Shown: positions 1 through 8,913 of the stretch, one piece after another
Numbering within the stretch: position 1 is the stretch's first letter
Layout of the letters: every line of letters starts with the position of its first letter
DNA from: Rhizobacter sp.
GTDB taxonomy: Bacteria > Pseudomonadota > Gammaproteobacteria > Burkholderiales > Burkholderiaceae_C
Length of the DNA stretch: 36,736 bases
Direction of reading: 5' to 3'
Assembly: GCA_021732645.1 (NCBI GenBank)
Contig: JAKFUQ010000043.1
Coordinates: forward strand, 1-36,736
The notes under the pieces: model-generated
Told to the model about the DNA's origin: nothing
What the model saw: only the letters and a program-made list of their open reading frames with translations
Database searches by the model: none
Translations under genes and position numbers: made by a program

Positions 1-111
1 GCAGAGGGCGCGGTGGCACGGCGAGAGGCCGCAGCGGTGGAAGCCCTCGGATTATCCGGCAGCCCCTGCGCGGCGCAGGGTCGCAGGCTGTCGGGCTTCT
101 AGAATCGTTCG

Positions 112-1938
112 ATGAGCTACTTGGTGCTGGCCCGCAAATACCGACCGCGCAATTTCGACACGCTGGTCGGGCAGGAACACGTGGTGCAGGCGCTGTCGAA
201 TGCGCTGACACAGGGCCGGCTGCACCATGCCTACCTGTTCACCGGCACGCGTGGCGTGGGCAAGACGACGGTGTCGCGCATCCTGGCCAAGGCGCTGAAC
301 TGCACCGGCGTTGATGGCCAGGGCGGGGTCACCGCGCACCCCTGCGGTGTCTGCCCTGCCTGCCGCGACATCGATGCCGATCGCTTCATCGATTACATGG
401 AGCTCGACGCCGCCAGCAACCGCGGCATCGACGAGATCCGCGACCTGATCGAGCGCGCCGCCTACAAGCCGACCGTGGGCCGCTTCAAGGTCTTCATGAT
501 CGACGAGGCGCATCAGCTGACGCGCGATTCGTTCAACGCATTGCTCAAGACACTGGAAGAGCCGCCCGACTACCTGAAGTTCGTGCTGGCCACTACCGAG
601 CCCGACAAGATGCTGCCCACGGTGCTGTCGCGCTGCCTGCAGTTCAACCTGCGGCCGATGGGGCTGCACACCTTGCAGGAGCACCTCGCGAAGGTGCTGG
701 CCGATGAGGGCATCGCCGCTGAACCCGGTGCGCTGCGCTTGCTGGCGCGAGCAGCACGGGGGTCGATGCGCGACGCGCTGTCGATCACCGACCAGGCGGT
801 GGCTTTCGGCGGCGGGGCATTGCTCGAAGCCGGCGTGCGCGAGATGCTGGGCGCGGTCGATCGAAGCCATGCCATCCGTTTGATTGACGCCTTGGCCGCT
901 GGCCACGGGGCCGCTCTGCTGGCCGAGGCCGATGCGCTGCGGGCGCTGGGCCTGTCGGCACGCGGCACGCTGGAGGAGATGGCCGAGCTGCTGCAGCAGA
1001 TGGCGGTGGCGCAGGCGGTGCCCGATGCGATCGATGCCGGCGATGCCGATGCGGCAGCCGCCGCGCGCTTGGCGTCGCTGCTGGCGGCCGACCAGACGCA
1101 GTTGTTCTACAGCATGGCGCTGCATGGCCGCGCCGAACTGGCGCTGGCACCCGACGAGCACAGCGGCCTGGTGATGGTGCTGCTGCGCATGCTGGCATTC
1201 GGCCCGCCAGCGGGCGCGCGGGCCATCGAGCCGGTGGCGGTCAAGGCGCAAGCGCCTGCCAAGCCCGTGGCCTCGGCGGCACTGGCCCGGACGCCGGCAC
1301 CCGCTCGCGCCGCGATGCCGCCCGTGCTGCCGTCGCCACCTCCCCATGTGTCCGAGTCGACGCCACCGCCATGGGTCGATGCCCCGTGGGACGACGAGGT
1401 GACTCCGTTCGCCGCGGCCGTGACCGCGCCGGTAAGTGCACCTGCAGCTGCGCCTGCGCCGGTGGCCGGCGAGTCCGTCGCGGCTGCGCGTCCCGGCGTG
1501 GTGTCGGCCTCGCCTGACGCCGCTGACGCGATCACCACACCGCTCGGCGACCGCTGGAACGAGGTCGTGCAGGCGATGGTGCAGGCCGGCGGCATTGCGG
1601 CGATGGTGCGCGAGCTGGCGATCCAGTCGCAGTGCGTGCGCATCGATCAGGGCGCCTCACCGCCGCTGTGGTTGCTGCAGGTCGAGCGCGACACGCTGCG
1701 GTCCCCGGCGCAGCGCGACAAGCTGGAAGCCGCGCTGGTGCAGCACCTGGGCACCCCGCTGACGCTCGATGTGCAGGCCGGCCCGGCGCAGGACACCCCT
1801 GCGATGCGTGCCAGCGCCGAGCGTTTGCGTCGGCAGCGCGAGGCCGAGCAGCTCATCGCCGACGACCCGGTCGTGCGCACGCTGATGGCGCAGTACAGCG
1901 GGGCGCGCATCGTGCCGGGCTCGGTCAAATATCAGTAG
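112..1938 (+). CDS. dnaX: DNA polymerase III subunit gamma/tau
   Basis: 608-aa ORF. The N-terminus [22 protein letters not shown], Walker [10 protein letters not shown], the Zn module [10 protein letters not shown], the DEAH box (MIDEAHQL) and a Pro/Ala-rich tau linker are all typical of DnaX. ATG at 112. Confidence 0.95.
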   Translation: MSYLVLARKYRPRNFDTLVGQEHVVQALSNALTQGRLHHAYLFTGTRGVGKTTVSRILAKALNCTGVDGQGGVTAHPCGVCPACRDIDADRFIDYMELDAASNRGIDEIRDLIERAAYKPTVGRFKVFMIDEAHQLTRDSFNALLKTLEEPPDYLKFVLATTEPDKMLPTVLSRCLQFNLRPMGLHTLQEHLAKVLADEGIAAEPGALRLLARAARGSMRDALSITDQAVAFGGGALLEAGVREMLGAVDRSHAIRLIDALAAGHGAALLAEADALRALGLSARGTLEEMAELLQQMAVAQAVPDAIDAGDADAAAAARLASLLAADQTQLFYSMALHGRAELALAPDEHSGLVMVLLRMLAFGPPAGARAIEPVAVKAQAPAKPVASAALARTPAPARAAMPPVLPSPPPHVSESTPPPWVDAPWDDEVTPFAAAVTAPVSAPAAAPAPVAGESVAAARPGVVSASPDAADAITTPLGDRWNEVVQAMVQAGGIAAMVRELAIQSQCVRIDQGASPPLWLLQVERDTLRSPAQRDKLEAALVQHLGTPLTLDVQAGPAQDTPAMRASAERLRRQREAEQLIADDPVVRTLMAQYSGARIVPGSVKYQ

Positions 1939-1991
1939 CACGGCGCACAGATCCAACGCCACCCCTTGATGTCCATGAAGGAGACGACACC

Positions 1992-2318
1992 ATGATGAAG
2001 AACCAGCTGGCCGGTTTGATGAAGCAGGCCCAGGCGATGCAGGACAACCTGAAGAAGGCGCAGGACGAGTTGGGCGCGATCGAGGTCGAGGGCCAGTCTG
2101 GCGCTGGCCTCGTCAAGGTCACGATGACCTGCAAGCACGATGTGAAGCGAGTCGCCATTGACCCCAGCCTGCTCGCCGACGACAAGGACATGCTTGAGGA
2201 CCTGGTCGCTGCCGCGTTCAACGACGGCCTGCGCCGCGCTGAAGAGGTGTCGCAGGAAAAAATGGGCCGGCTGACCGCCGGCATGCCACTGCCGCCAGGC
2301 ATGAAGTTTCCGTTTTGA
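1992..2318 (+). CDS. ybaB: YbaB/EbfC family nucleoid-associated protein
   Basis: 108-aa product [27 protein letters not shown]...GMKFPF is the classic YbaB sequence. It holds the conserved dnaX-ybaB-recR position. The start is an internal ATG of track ORF 1632..2318, preceded by GAAGGAGA. Confidence 0.9.
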   Translation: MMKNQLAGLMKQAQAMQDNLKKAQDELGAIEVEGQSGAGLVKVTMTCKHDVKRVAIDPSLLADDKDMLEDLVAAAFNDGLRRAEEVSQEKMGRLTAGMPLPPGMKFPF

Positions 2319-2345
2319 GCGGCTTGCCACTGACATTACGCCCGC

Positions 2346-2933
2346 GTGGCTGAACCCGCACTCGACGCCTTGGTCGATGCCTTGCGCCGGTTGCCCGGTG
2401 TCGGCGAGAAATCGGCGCGGCGCATGGCATTGCACCTGCTGCAGCACGACCGCAACGGCGCGCAGCGGTTGGCGCTGTCACTGCAGGCGGCGGTGGCCAG
2501 TGTGCGGCATTGCGCGCGCTGCCACACCTTCACCGAAAGCGAGATCTGCGGTATCTGCGCCGATGGCCGTCGCGATGCGCGGCTGCTGTGCGTGGTGGAG
2601 ACGCCAGCCGACCAGTCAGCGATGGAGCGCACCGGCAGCTACGCAGGCTATTACTTCGTGCTGATGGGACGGCTGAGCCCGCTCGATGGCATCGGTGTGC
2701 ACGACATCGGCCTGCAGGCGCTGCTGAGCCGCGCCGCTGAAGACGGTGTCGAGGAAGTGATCGTTGCCACCAACTTCACCGCCGAAGGCGAAGCGACCGC
2801 GCATGCGGTGAGCGAAGCGCTGAAGGCACGTGGCCTGCGGGTGACGCGGCTGTCGTGCGGGGTGCCGGTGGGCAGCGAACTCGAATACGTCGACCTGGGC
2901 ACGATTGCGCACGCGCTGGTCGATCGCCGCTGA
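2346..2933 (+). CDS. recR: Recombination protein RecR
   Basis: 195 aa. Helix-hairpin-helix [13 protein letters not shown], Cys4 zinc finger [16 protein letters not shown] and a Toprim region (VVETPADQ...). GTG start at 2346. Confidence 0.95.
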   Translation: MAEPALDALVDALRRLPGVGEKSARRMALHLLQHDRNGAQRLALSLQAAVASVRHCARCHTFTESEICGICADGRRDARLLCVVETPADQSAMERTGSYAGYYFVLMGRLSPLDGIGVHDIGLQALLSRAAEDGVEEVIVATNFTAEGEATAHAVSEALKARGLRVTRLSCGVPVGSELEYVDLGTIAHALVDRR

Positions 2934-2956
2934 GCACCTTCTCACCTGGAAAACTC

Positions 2957-3355
2957 ATGACGAACATCAGCACCTGGTGCCTCCTGATCGCTGCGGTGAT
3001 GCCGATCGTCTGTGCCGGTATCGCCAAGTGGGGCATGTTCTCGAAGCGACCGGCTGACGGTGGCTACGACAACAGCAATCCGCGCGACTGGCTGGCGCGT
3101 CAGCAGGACTGGCGCGCGCGCGCCAACGCGGCGCAGGCCAATTGTTTTGAGGCGCTGCCGTTTTTCATCGGCGCCTTGTTGTGGGCACAGCTCAACGGTG
3201 CGGCAGGACAGCGCATCGATCTGCTGGCGCTGGTCTTCGTCGTGCTGCGCGCAGCGTATGTGCTGCTCTACGTGGTGGATCGGCCGTCGCTGCGCTCTGG
3301 CGCGTGGGGAGCGGCATTCGCGGTCAACATTGCGCTGCTGTTTGCGGCCGCGTGA
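2957..3355 (+). CDS. MAPEG-family membrane protein
   Basis: 132-aa hydrophobic protein (MTNISTWCLLIAAVMPIV...NAAQANCFEALPFF...RAAYVLLYV) with MAPEG-like motifs. The start is an internal ATG at 2957 of track ORF 2855..3355. Confidence 0.7.
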   Translation: MTNISTWCLLIAAVMPIVCAGIAKWGMFSKRPADGGYDNSNPRDWLARQQDWRARANAAQANCFEALPFFIGALLWAQLNGAAGQRIDLLALVFVVLRAAYVLLYVVDRPSLRSGAWGAAFAVNIALLFAAA

Positions 3356-3359
3356 TGCC

Positions 3360-4997
3360 TCAGTGCGCCGCGAGTCGCACCGGTTTGCCGGGTTTGCCAG
3401 CGAGTGTCTTCGTGACCCGCTGGGTGGCAGTGGCTTTGACCGGCTTGCTGCGCGTTGCCGCAGCGACCGCCACTGATTTGCCGCCCCGCTTCTTGGCCAC
3501 TCGCGTGCCCGTCGATTTGCGTATGGACTTGTAGACGACGATGCTCGCGCCCGGTTTGAAGCGCGCACTGGTTGACACTGAATTCCACTCGGCCACCTGC
3601 GTGGCCTTGACCCGGTAGCGCCGCGCGATGCTGGCCACGCTGTCGGCCTTGCCCGCTTTCAGCACCACCCGGCGGCGCGCGGGCGCATCGGGCGACAGCA
3701 TCATCGTTGCGTTGTCGGCCACGTGCGAAGCCACATCGGTGTGGCGCAGTGCGCTGCGCGGCACCAACAGCGTCGATCCGGCTTTGACCAGCATGCGCGG
3801 TGGAATGCGGTTGACGTCACGCAAGGTGGCCTCACTCATGCCGACCGCCCGCGCTGCATCGGCGGGACGCATTGTTTTCGGCGCGACCCATGCGGTCCAA
3901 CTGGCCAGCGGCGCGCGGTGTTCGGCCAACCGGCGCACGAAGGCGCTGGCGTTGTCGTAAGGCAGCAGTACCTGCGGCGTGCCGGCGGCCAGGATCACCG
4001 GCTTGTTCATCTGCGGATTCAGCGTCTTGAATTCATCGTGCGTCACGCCGGCCAGACGTACCGCCAGATCGACGTCGATGTCGCGCCCAATCGGAACGCT
4101 CAGGAAATAGGGGTGGTTCTCGACGGCAGGCAGGGTCAGTGCAAAGGCCTCGGGCGCGGCGACGAGGTTCTCCACCGCTTGCAGTTTGGGCACGTAGAGG
4201 CGTGTCTCGGCAGGCATCTTCAGGCTGAGATAGTCGGTAGGCAGGCCGGACTTGGCGTTGCGGTTGATGGCGCGCTGCACATTGCCTTCGCCCCAGTTGT
4301 AGGCGGCCAGTGCGAGATGCCAGTCGCCGAACATGGAGTGCAGGCGTTGCAGGTAGTCGAGTGCCGCGCGGGTCGATGCCAGCACATCACGACGGTCGTC
4401 GCGAAAGATGTTTTGCCGCAGTGCAAAGTCACGCCCGGTGGCTGGCATGAACTGCCACATGCCCGAGGCGTTCGCCGACGAGATCGCTTGTGGGTTGAAG
4501 GCGCTTTCGATGAAGGGCAGCAGCGCCAGCTCGGTGGGCATGCCACGCGCTTCGACTTCTTCGACGATGTGGAACAGATAGCGGCTGCCGCGGGTGGTCA
4601 TGCGCTCTACGTAATCGGGTCGGCTGGCGTACCAGCGCTCGCGCTCCCGGACCAGCTCGGTGTCGAGGTCGGGCATCTTGAAGCCCCGGCGCACACGGGC
4701 CCACAGGTCAGTTTGCGCGGCGGCATCATCGAGGTTCACGCTCACGTCGGGGCGCACCGGGTCGACCGGAGTGGCAACGGCTGCGGGAGGGTCGGTGACA
4801 GTCGCGTCACGGACGACTGAGCGATCGGCATGGGCCGAAGCGGCCGGGTCGCTGCCAAACGGCGTGTTCGTCGAACCCGGCACATCGGTGCGGGTAGCGC
4901 ACCCGCTGCCAATGCCAATGGCGGCCACAACGAGCAGGGTGATCAGCGCCCTCCGGCGCAGTGGGTGTAACGGCTGATGGACGGGTTGATGGGCCAT
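3360..4997 (-). CDS. mltD: Membrane-bound lytic murein transglycosylase D-like lipoprotein (SLT domain plus LysM repeats)
   Basis: Lipobox LLVVAAIGIGSGC, SLT catalytic motif LPFIESAFNPQAISSANASGMWQFMP, C-terminal LysM-like repeats and a basic tail. The ATG at 4997 overlaps the gloB stop (TGATG). The track ORF extends to 5015. Confidence 0.85.
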   Translation of the reverse strand: MAHQPVHQPLHPLRRRALITLLVVAAIGIGSGCATRTDVPGSTNTPFGSDPAASAHADRSVVRDATVTDPPAAVATPVDPVRPDVSVNLDDAAAQTDLWARVRRGFKMPDLDTELVRERERWYASRPDYVERMTTRGSRYLFHIVEEVEARGMPTELALLPFIESAFNPQAISSANASGMWQFMPATGRDFALRQNIFRDDRRDVLASTRAALDYLQRLHSMFGDWHLALAAYNWGEGNVQRAINRNAKSGLPTDYLSLKMPAETRLYVPKLQAVENLVAAPEAFALTLPAVENHPYFLSVPIGRDIDVDLAVRLAGVTHDEFKTLNPQMNKPVILAAGTPQVLLPYDNASAFVRRLAEHRAPLASWTAWVAPKTMRPADAARAVGMSEATLRDVNRIPPRMLVKAGSTLLVPRSALRHTDVASHVADNATMMLSPDAPARRRVVLKAGKADSVASIARRYRVKATQVAEWNSVSTSARFKPGASIVVYKSIRKSTGTRVAKKRGGKSVAVAAATRSKPVKATATQRVTKTLAGKPGKPVRLAAH

Positions 4998-5788
4998 CAG
5001 AAATTGTTCTTCCACTGGCGCAGCGCGGTGAATACATCAACGGGCTGATCGCTGGAGGCTCCATGGCTGCGGGCGGCGTTCATCACGGCGGGCACGGTGC
5101 AGCGCAAAAAAGGGTTGATCGCCAGCTCGTCTTCGATGCGGCCCGGCACGGTGGGTTGGTCTGCAGTGCGCAGTTGTTCGCACTGGTGGGTGTAACGAGC
5201 AAGCGCTGCATTGTCGGGTTCCACCGCGCGGGCAAATTTCAGACTGGACAAGGTGTACTCATGGGCACAACAAACACGGGTGTCGCCAGGGAGTGCGGCG
5301 AGTGCCTGCAGCGACTGGTGCATTTGCGTCGGCGTGCCTTCAAACAACCGCCCGCATCCGCCGATGAACAGCGTGTCGCCGCAGAACAGCACCGGCGCGT
5401 CGGTGTCGGCACCGTCCGCAGCGCCGATCTGCGGGAGGTGGAAGTAGGCGATGTGGCCCGAGGTGTGACCGGGCACGTCGATGACCTCGAAGCTCAGCCC
5501 CAGCGCCTGCACTTTTTCACCACCACGCACACGGATGCAAGGCTCCGGGATGACCTCCAGGGCGGGTCCGTAGACGGGGCCCTGCAGGCGGGGCAGCAGA
5601 GCGGGCACACCACCGATGTGATCGGCGTGGTGGTGCGTCAATAGAATCGCGACGAGATTGAGTTGCAGACGGTCAAGTGCGGCCAGCGCCGGAGCAGCAT
5701 CGCCCGGGTCGATCACGACGGCATCAACACCGTTGTGCAGCAACCAGATGTAGTTGTCAGTGAACGCGGGCAAGGCGATTAATTTCAT
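4997..5788 (-). CDS. gloB: Hydroxyacylglutathione hydrolase (glyoxalase II)
   Basis: 263 aa. MKLIALPAFTDNYIWLL, metallo-beta-lactamase motif THHHADHIGG, and the conserved mltD-gloB neighbourhood. Confidence 0.9.
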   Translation of the reverse strand: MKLIALPAFTDNYIWLLHNGVDAVVIDPGDAAPALAALDRLQLNLVAILLTHHHADHIGGVPALLPRLQGPVYGPALEVIPEPCIRVRGGEKVQALGLSFEVIDVPGHTSGHIAYFHLPQIGAADGADTDAPVLFCGDTLFIGGCGRLFEGTPTQMHQSLQALAALPGDTRVCCAHEYTLSSLKFARAVEPDNAALARYTHQCEQLRTADQPTVPGRIEDELAINPFLRCTVPAVMNAARSHGASSDQPVDVFTALRQWKNNF

Positions 5789-6641
5789 GACGGAAACCGC
5801 GATGAGTGAGTCAGCAGCCAGTATAGGTTTGGGGGCCTGGATGGCGACCCCGCCCGGCGCTTATTTGCTGGCCTGGGAACAGCAGTACCTCGATGCGGCG
5901 GTGGCCGATGTGTTTGGCTTCCACGCGGTGCAGCTTGGCCTGCCCGCGCTCGACGCCTTGCGCCAGAACCGCATGCCGCACCGCTGGCTCGCGGTGGATG
6001 TCGCGCACCGCATGGGCGGCGTGCCGAGTACAGACGCACCCAGCCCCGCTGTTGCGTTGAACTGCGACTTCGACGCATTGCCCTTCGACAGCCACAGCCT
6101 GGATCTGCTGGTCCTGCCGCACGCCCTCGAGTTGGCACGCGACCCGCACCAGACCCTGCGCGAAGTCGAGCGGGTGCTGATGCCCGAGGGCCGGGTGGTC
6201 ATCATCGGCTTCAACCCGACCAGCCTGTGGAGCATGCGCCGGCAAACCGGGCGTGCGCGACGCCGCCTGGGCCTGGGTTCGGGCGCTGCGCTCTACCTGC
6301 CGCGCGAAGGTGACTTCATCGGCTACCGCCGTTTGCGTGACTGGTTGCGCTTGCTCAGTTTTGAGGTGGAGACCGGACGATTTGGCTGCTACCGACCGCC
6401 CGTGCACTCCGAGAAATGGCTGGCCCGATGTGGCTGGATGGAGACTGCCGGTGAGCGCTGGTGGCCGGTGCTGGGTGCGGTGTATGCGCTGACGGCCGTG
6501 AAGCGGGTGCGTGGCATGCGGGTGGTCGGGCTGGCGCGTGCACAACGCGGCCAGGTCAGCACATCGCCCGCGACGGTGGCGCGACAGGTGCAGCATCGCG
6601 AGTCCCGACACTTGGCCCATGAACTGGCCGAACATGAGTGA
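5787..6641 (+). CDS. Class I SAM-dependent methyltransferase (YafS-like)
   Basis: It occupies the position between gloB and rnhA, as yafS does in E. coli, and has a methyltransferase-type core (LDLLVLPHALELARDPHQTLREVERVLMPEGRVVIIGFNP). The start is uncertain: ATG 5787 (back to back with the gloB start) or ATG 5802. Confidence 0.7.
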   Translation: MTETAMSESAASIGLGAWMATPPGAYLLAWEQQYLDAAVADVFGFHAVQLGLPALDALRQNRMPHRWLAVDVAHRMGGVPSTDAPSPAVALNCDFDALPFDSHSLDLLVLPHALELARDPHQTLREVERVLMPEGRVVIIGFNPTSLWSMRRQTGRARRRLGLGSGAALYLPREGDFIGYRRLRDWLRLLSFEVETGRFGCYRPPVHSEKWLARCGWMETAGERWWPVLGAVYALTAVKRVRGMRVVGLARAQRGQVSTSPATVARQVQHRESRHLAHELAEHE

Positions 6642-6662
6642 CATGAGTTGGTGCGCAACGCC

Positions 6663-7121
6663 ATGAGCGACGCGTTGACGATCAAGCGCCCGCAGGTCAC
6701 GGTCTACACCGATGGCGCCTGCAAGGGCAACCCGGGGCGTGGCGGCTGGGGTGCGTGGCTGGCGAGCGACGGCCACGAGAAGGAACTGTTCGGTGGTGAC
6801 GTGCTCACCACCAACAACCGCATGGAGTTGACCGCGGTGATCGAGGCCCTGGCATCGCTCAAGCGCACCTGCACGGTGGTGATCTACACCGACAGCGAGT
6901 ATGTGCGCAAGGGCATCACCGAGTGGATCAACGGCTGGAAGCAGCGCGGCTGGAAAACCGCCGACCGCAAGCCAGTGAAGAACGCTGAACTGTGGCAACG
7001 GCTCGATGCGCTGCGTGCGCTGCATGAGGTGGACTGGCGCTGGGTCAAGGGCCATTCCGGCGACCCCGGCAACGAACGCGCCGATGCGCTGGCCAACCGC
7101 GGCGCTGCCGAAGCGGTCTGA
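6663..7121 (+). CDS. rnhA: Ribonuclease HI
   Basis: [20 protein letters not shown]...[15 protein letters not shown]...IYTDSEYV...[18 protein letters not shown] carries the RNase H catalytic DEDD signature. I prefer ATG 6663 to the track start TTG 6648. Confidence 0.92.
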   Translation: MSDALTIKRPQVTVYTDGACKGNPGRGGWGAWLASDGHEKELFGGDVLTTNNRMELTAVIEALASLKRTCTVVIYTDSEYVRKGITEWINGWKQRGWKTADRKPVKNAELWQRLDALRALHEVDWRWVKGHSGDPGNERADALANRGAAEAV

Positions 7122-7205
7122 CCCGCTATACTCGCGGGCTTGCCTTGCCACACCCAGGTCGACGCTTCGGGGTGGCTTCCATGTCGGAAATCACAAGGAG
7201 ATTCA
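7122..7205 (+). promoter_or_regulatory. rpsF operon promoter/leader region (-10-like TATACT at 7127-7132, structured leader, strong SD AAGGAGA)
   Basis: TATACT hexamer, then a GC-rich imperfect hairpin (CCACACCC...GGGGTGG) and AAGGAGA 5 nt before the rpsF ATG. rpsF leaders are known targets of S6:S18 autoregulation in other bacteria. The -35 is poor. Confidence 0.3.
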
Positions 7206-7565
7206 ATGCGTCATTACGAAATCGTGCTCTTGATCCACCCCGATCAGAGCGAGCAGGTTCCAGCGATGCTGGAGCGCTACAAGGGTGTGATCACCGCTGG
7301 CGGCGGCAAGATCCATCGGGTCGAGGACTGGGGGCGCCGTCAGATGGCTTACCTGATCCAGAAGCTCGCCAAGGCGCACTATCTGTGCATCAACATCGAG
7401 TGCAGCAAGGAAGTGCTGGCGGAATTGGAAACCGGTTTCCGGTTCAACGACGCTGTGTTGCGCCACCTGACGGTGCTCAAGAGCAAGGCCGAATCGACCC
7501 CCTCGGTGATGATGAAGCCATCCGACCGGGAAGACCGCCGTGCACCGCAGGAGTCGGCTGCCTGA
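7206..7565 (+). CDS. rpsF: 30S ribosomal protein S6
   Basis: [26 protein letters not shown]...[17 protein letters not shown] is canonical S6. ATG at 7206 follows AAGGAGA. Confidence 0.95.
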   Translation: MRHYEIVLLIHPDQSEQVPAMLERYKGVITAGGGKIHRVEDWGRRQMAYLIQKLAKAHYLCINIECSKEVLAELETGFRFNDAVLRHLTVLKSKAESTPSVMMKPSDREDRRAPQESAA

Positions 7566-7602
7566 TCTGGCTGTGTGATGTCGCCTTGGCCGAGTGCTCC
7601 CG

Positions 7603-7884
7603 ATGAACAGATTGGTTCTGACGGCGCAACTGGTCGAGAAAGCCGCGTTGCGCTACACCCCTGCCGGCTTGCCGGCACTCGATTTCAGCCTCAGGCATGA
7701 ATCGCAGGTGACGCAAAACGGCACGCCGCGCCAGGTGTCGATGGACATCAGGGCGCGCGCAGTGGGTGACATCACTGGTGCGTTGAACGGTCTGGAACTC
7801 GGAAGCACACACGGCTTTGCCGGCTTCCTGGGATCGCAGCGCAACGGCAAGGGCGTCGTTTTCCATGTGACCGAACTGGACTGA
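7603..7884 (+). CDS. priB: Primosomal replication protein N (PriB)
   Basis: MNRLVLTAQLVEKAALRYTPAGLPALDFSLRHES... is an OB-fold PriB in the conserved position between rpsF and rpsR. The track start GTG 7594 is an alternative. Confidence 0.85.
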   Translation: MNRLVLTAQLVEKAALRYTPAGLPALDFSLRHESQVTQNGTPRQVSMDIRARAVGDITGALNGLELGSTHGFAGFLGSQRNGKGVVFHVTELD

Positions 7885-7931
7885 AGTCCGAACGGTCTCG
7901 ATTCTCGAATTGAATTTGACAGAGGTTTGAT

Positions 7932-8222
7932 ATGCCACCACCACGCGGTAAAGGTAAGTTTTCCAAAGATCGCAAGCCCAAGCGCAACCAGCAATCGCTG
8001 CTGTTCCGCCGCAAGCGTTTCTGCCGGTTCACCGTCACCGGTGTGACCGAGATCGACTACAAGGACGTCGAAACCCTGCGCGATTTCATCGGCGAGAACG
8101 GCAAGATCACGCCGGCCCGCCTGACCGGAACCCGCGCGTTCTTCCAACGCCAATTGACCACCTGCATCAAGCGGGCGCGTTTCCTGGCGATGCTGCCGTA
8201 CAGCGACCAGCACCGCGTCTGA
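7932..8222 (+). CDS. rpsR: 30S ribosomal protein S18
   Basis: [42 protein letters not shown] is the canonical S18 core. Confidence 0.95.
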   Translation: MPPPRGKGKFSKDRKPKRNQQSLLFRRKRFCRFTVTGVTEIDYKDVETLRDFIGENGKITPARLTGTRAFFQRQLTTCIKRARFLAMLPYSDQHRV

Positions 8223-8235
8223 GGACACCCACATC

Positions 8236-8688
8236 ATGCAAATCATCCTGCTGGAAAAAGTGGCGAACCTGGGCGACCTCGGTGATGTCGTCAACGTCAA
8301 GGCCGGCTATGCCCGTAACTTCTTGATCCCGACCCGGTCCGCACGCCGTGCGACCGCGAGCGCGATCAAGGAATTCGAGGTCAAGCGCGCCGAACTCGAA
8401 AAAGCGGCTGCCGAGAAGCTGGCTGCGGCGCAAGCCCTGGGCGAGAAGATGAGCGGTCGCACCGTTCACATCACGCAAAAGGCCGGTGTCGACGGCCGTC
8501 TGTTCGGCTCCGTCACCAACAACGACATCGCCGAAGCGCTGACGCGCATCGACTTCAAGGTGGTCAAGTCGCAGGTTCGCCTGCCGAATGGCCCGCTGAA
8601 GGTTGTCGGCGAGCATCTGGTGTCGGTGTCGCCGCACACCGATGTCGTGGTCGAGGTCAAGGTCGTGGTGGTGGGCGAAGCCGCCTGA
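8236..8688 (+). CDS. rplI: 50S ribosomal protein L9
   Basis: [32 protein letters not shown] is the canonical L9 N-terminus. 150 aa. Confidence 0.95.
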   Translation: MQIILLEKVANLGDLGDVVNVKAGYARNFLIPTRSARRATASAIKEFEVKRAELEKAAAEKLAAAQALGEKMSGRTVHITQKAGVDGRLFGSVTNNDIAEALTRIDFKVVKSQVRLPNGPLKVVGEHLVSVSPHTDVVVEVKVVVVGEAA

Positions 8689-8732
8689 TCTGCACCTGAC
8701 TCGACGGCGCGGCGTTGATCGCCGCGCTGACG

Positions 8733-8786
8733 AAACCGCTGCTACCGAGCCTGCATCAGGTTCGGTAGCAGCGGTTTTTTGTTTTG
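8733..8786 (+). terminator. Rho-independent terminator of the rpsF-rplI operon
   Basis: Perfect 16-bp stem AAACCGCTGCTACCGA (8733-8748) / TCGGTAGCAGCGGTTT (8762-8777), followed by TTTTTTGTTTTG. An extra 8-bp hairpin GCGCGGCG/CGCCGCGC lies at 8707-8727. The terminator sits between convergent rplI and the LAL regulator. Confidence 0.85.
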
Positions 8787-8913
8787 TCCGAACGTCAACG
8801 TTGCTTCTCACCGCGAGAAGGTGCCTGTCGAACGATTTTGAGTGGCGACGCCTTTCTGGCTGGCCACGCCGCTGCCGACACGGATTGGCACGCCCTTGAA
8901 TTTCAGGTGCTTG

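Noticed and set aside
1-111. Possible structured RNA (for example ffs/SRP RNA, which often precedes dnaX) in the GC-rich region upstream of dnaX. Contains a CCCTGC/GCAGGG hairpin and long-range GAAGCCC/GGGCTTC complementarity.
   Set aside because: No SRP domain IV-like motif (GGAA/AGCAG tetraloop region) is recognisable, and the window starts inside the region. It is more likely an upstream terminator or leader fragment.
52-1347. Long ORFs antisense to or overlapping called genes. Examples: 52..1347(-), 5811..7151(-), 12206..14293(-), 14364..15578(-), 17948..19009(-), 19862..20980(-), 23052..24623(-), 24872..26830(-), 26473..28137(-), 28356..29360(-), 30723..31916(+), 32969..34408(+).
   Set aside because: Their products are Arg/Ala/Gly/Pro-rich low-complexity sequences with no recognisable motifs. 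They lie opposite genes that have unmistakable family signatures. Stop-poor shadow frames like these are expected at this GC content.
112-1938. Programmed -1 frameshift site in dnaX, as in the E. coli gamma/tau system (A AAA AAG).
   Set aside because: I saw no A AAA AAG heptamer or comparable slippery run inside the ORF, so nothing supports frameshifting here.
8804-8820. Small hairpin CTTCTC-ACCGC-GAGAAG and palindrome AACGT-CA-ACGTT downstream of the rplI terminator, considered as a possible terminator for the convergent LAL regulator.
   Set aside because: The stem is only 6 bp and there is no U-tract on the minus strand. The large bidirectional-looking hairpin at 8733-8777 is the more plausible termination signal.
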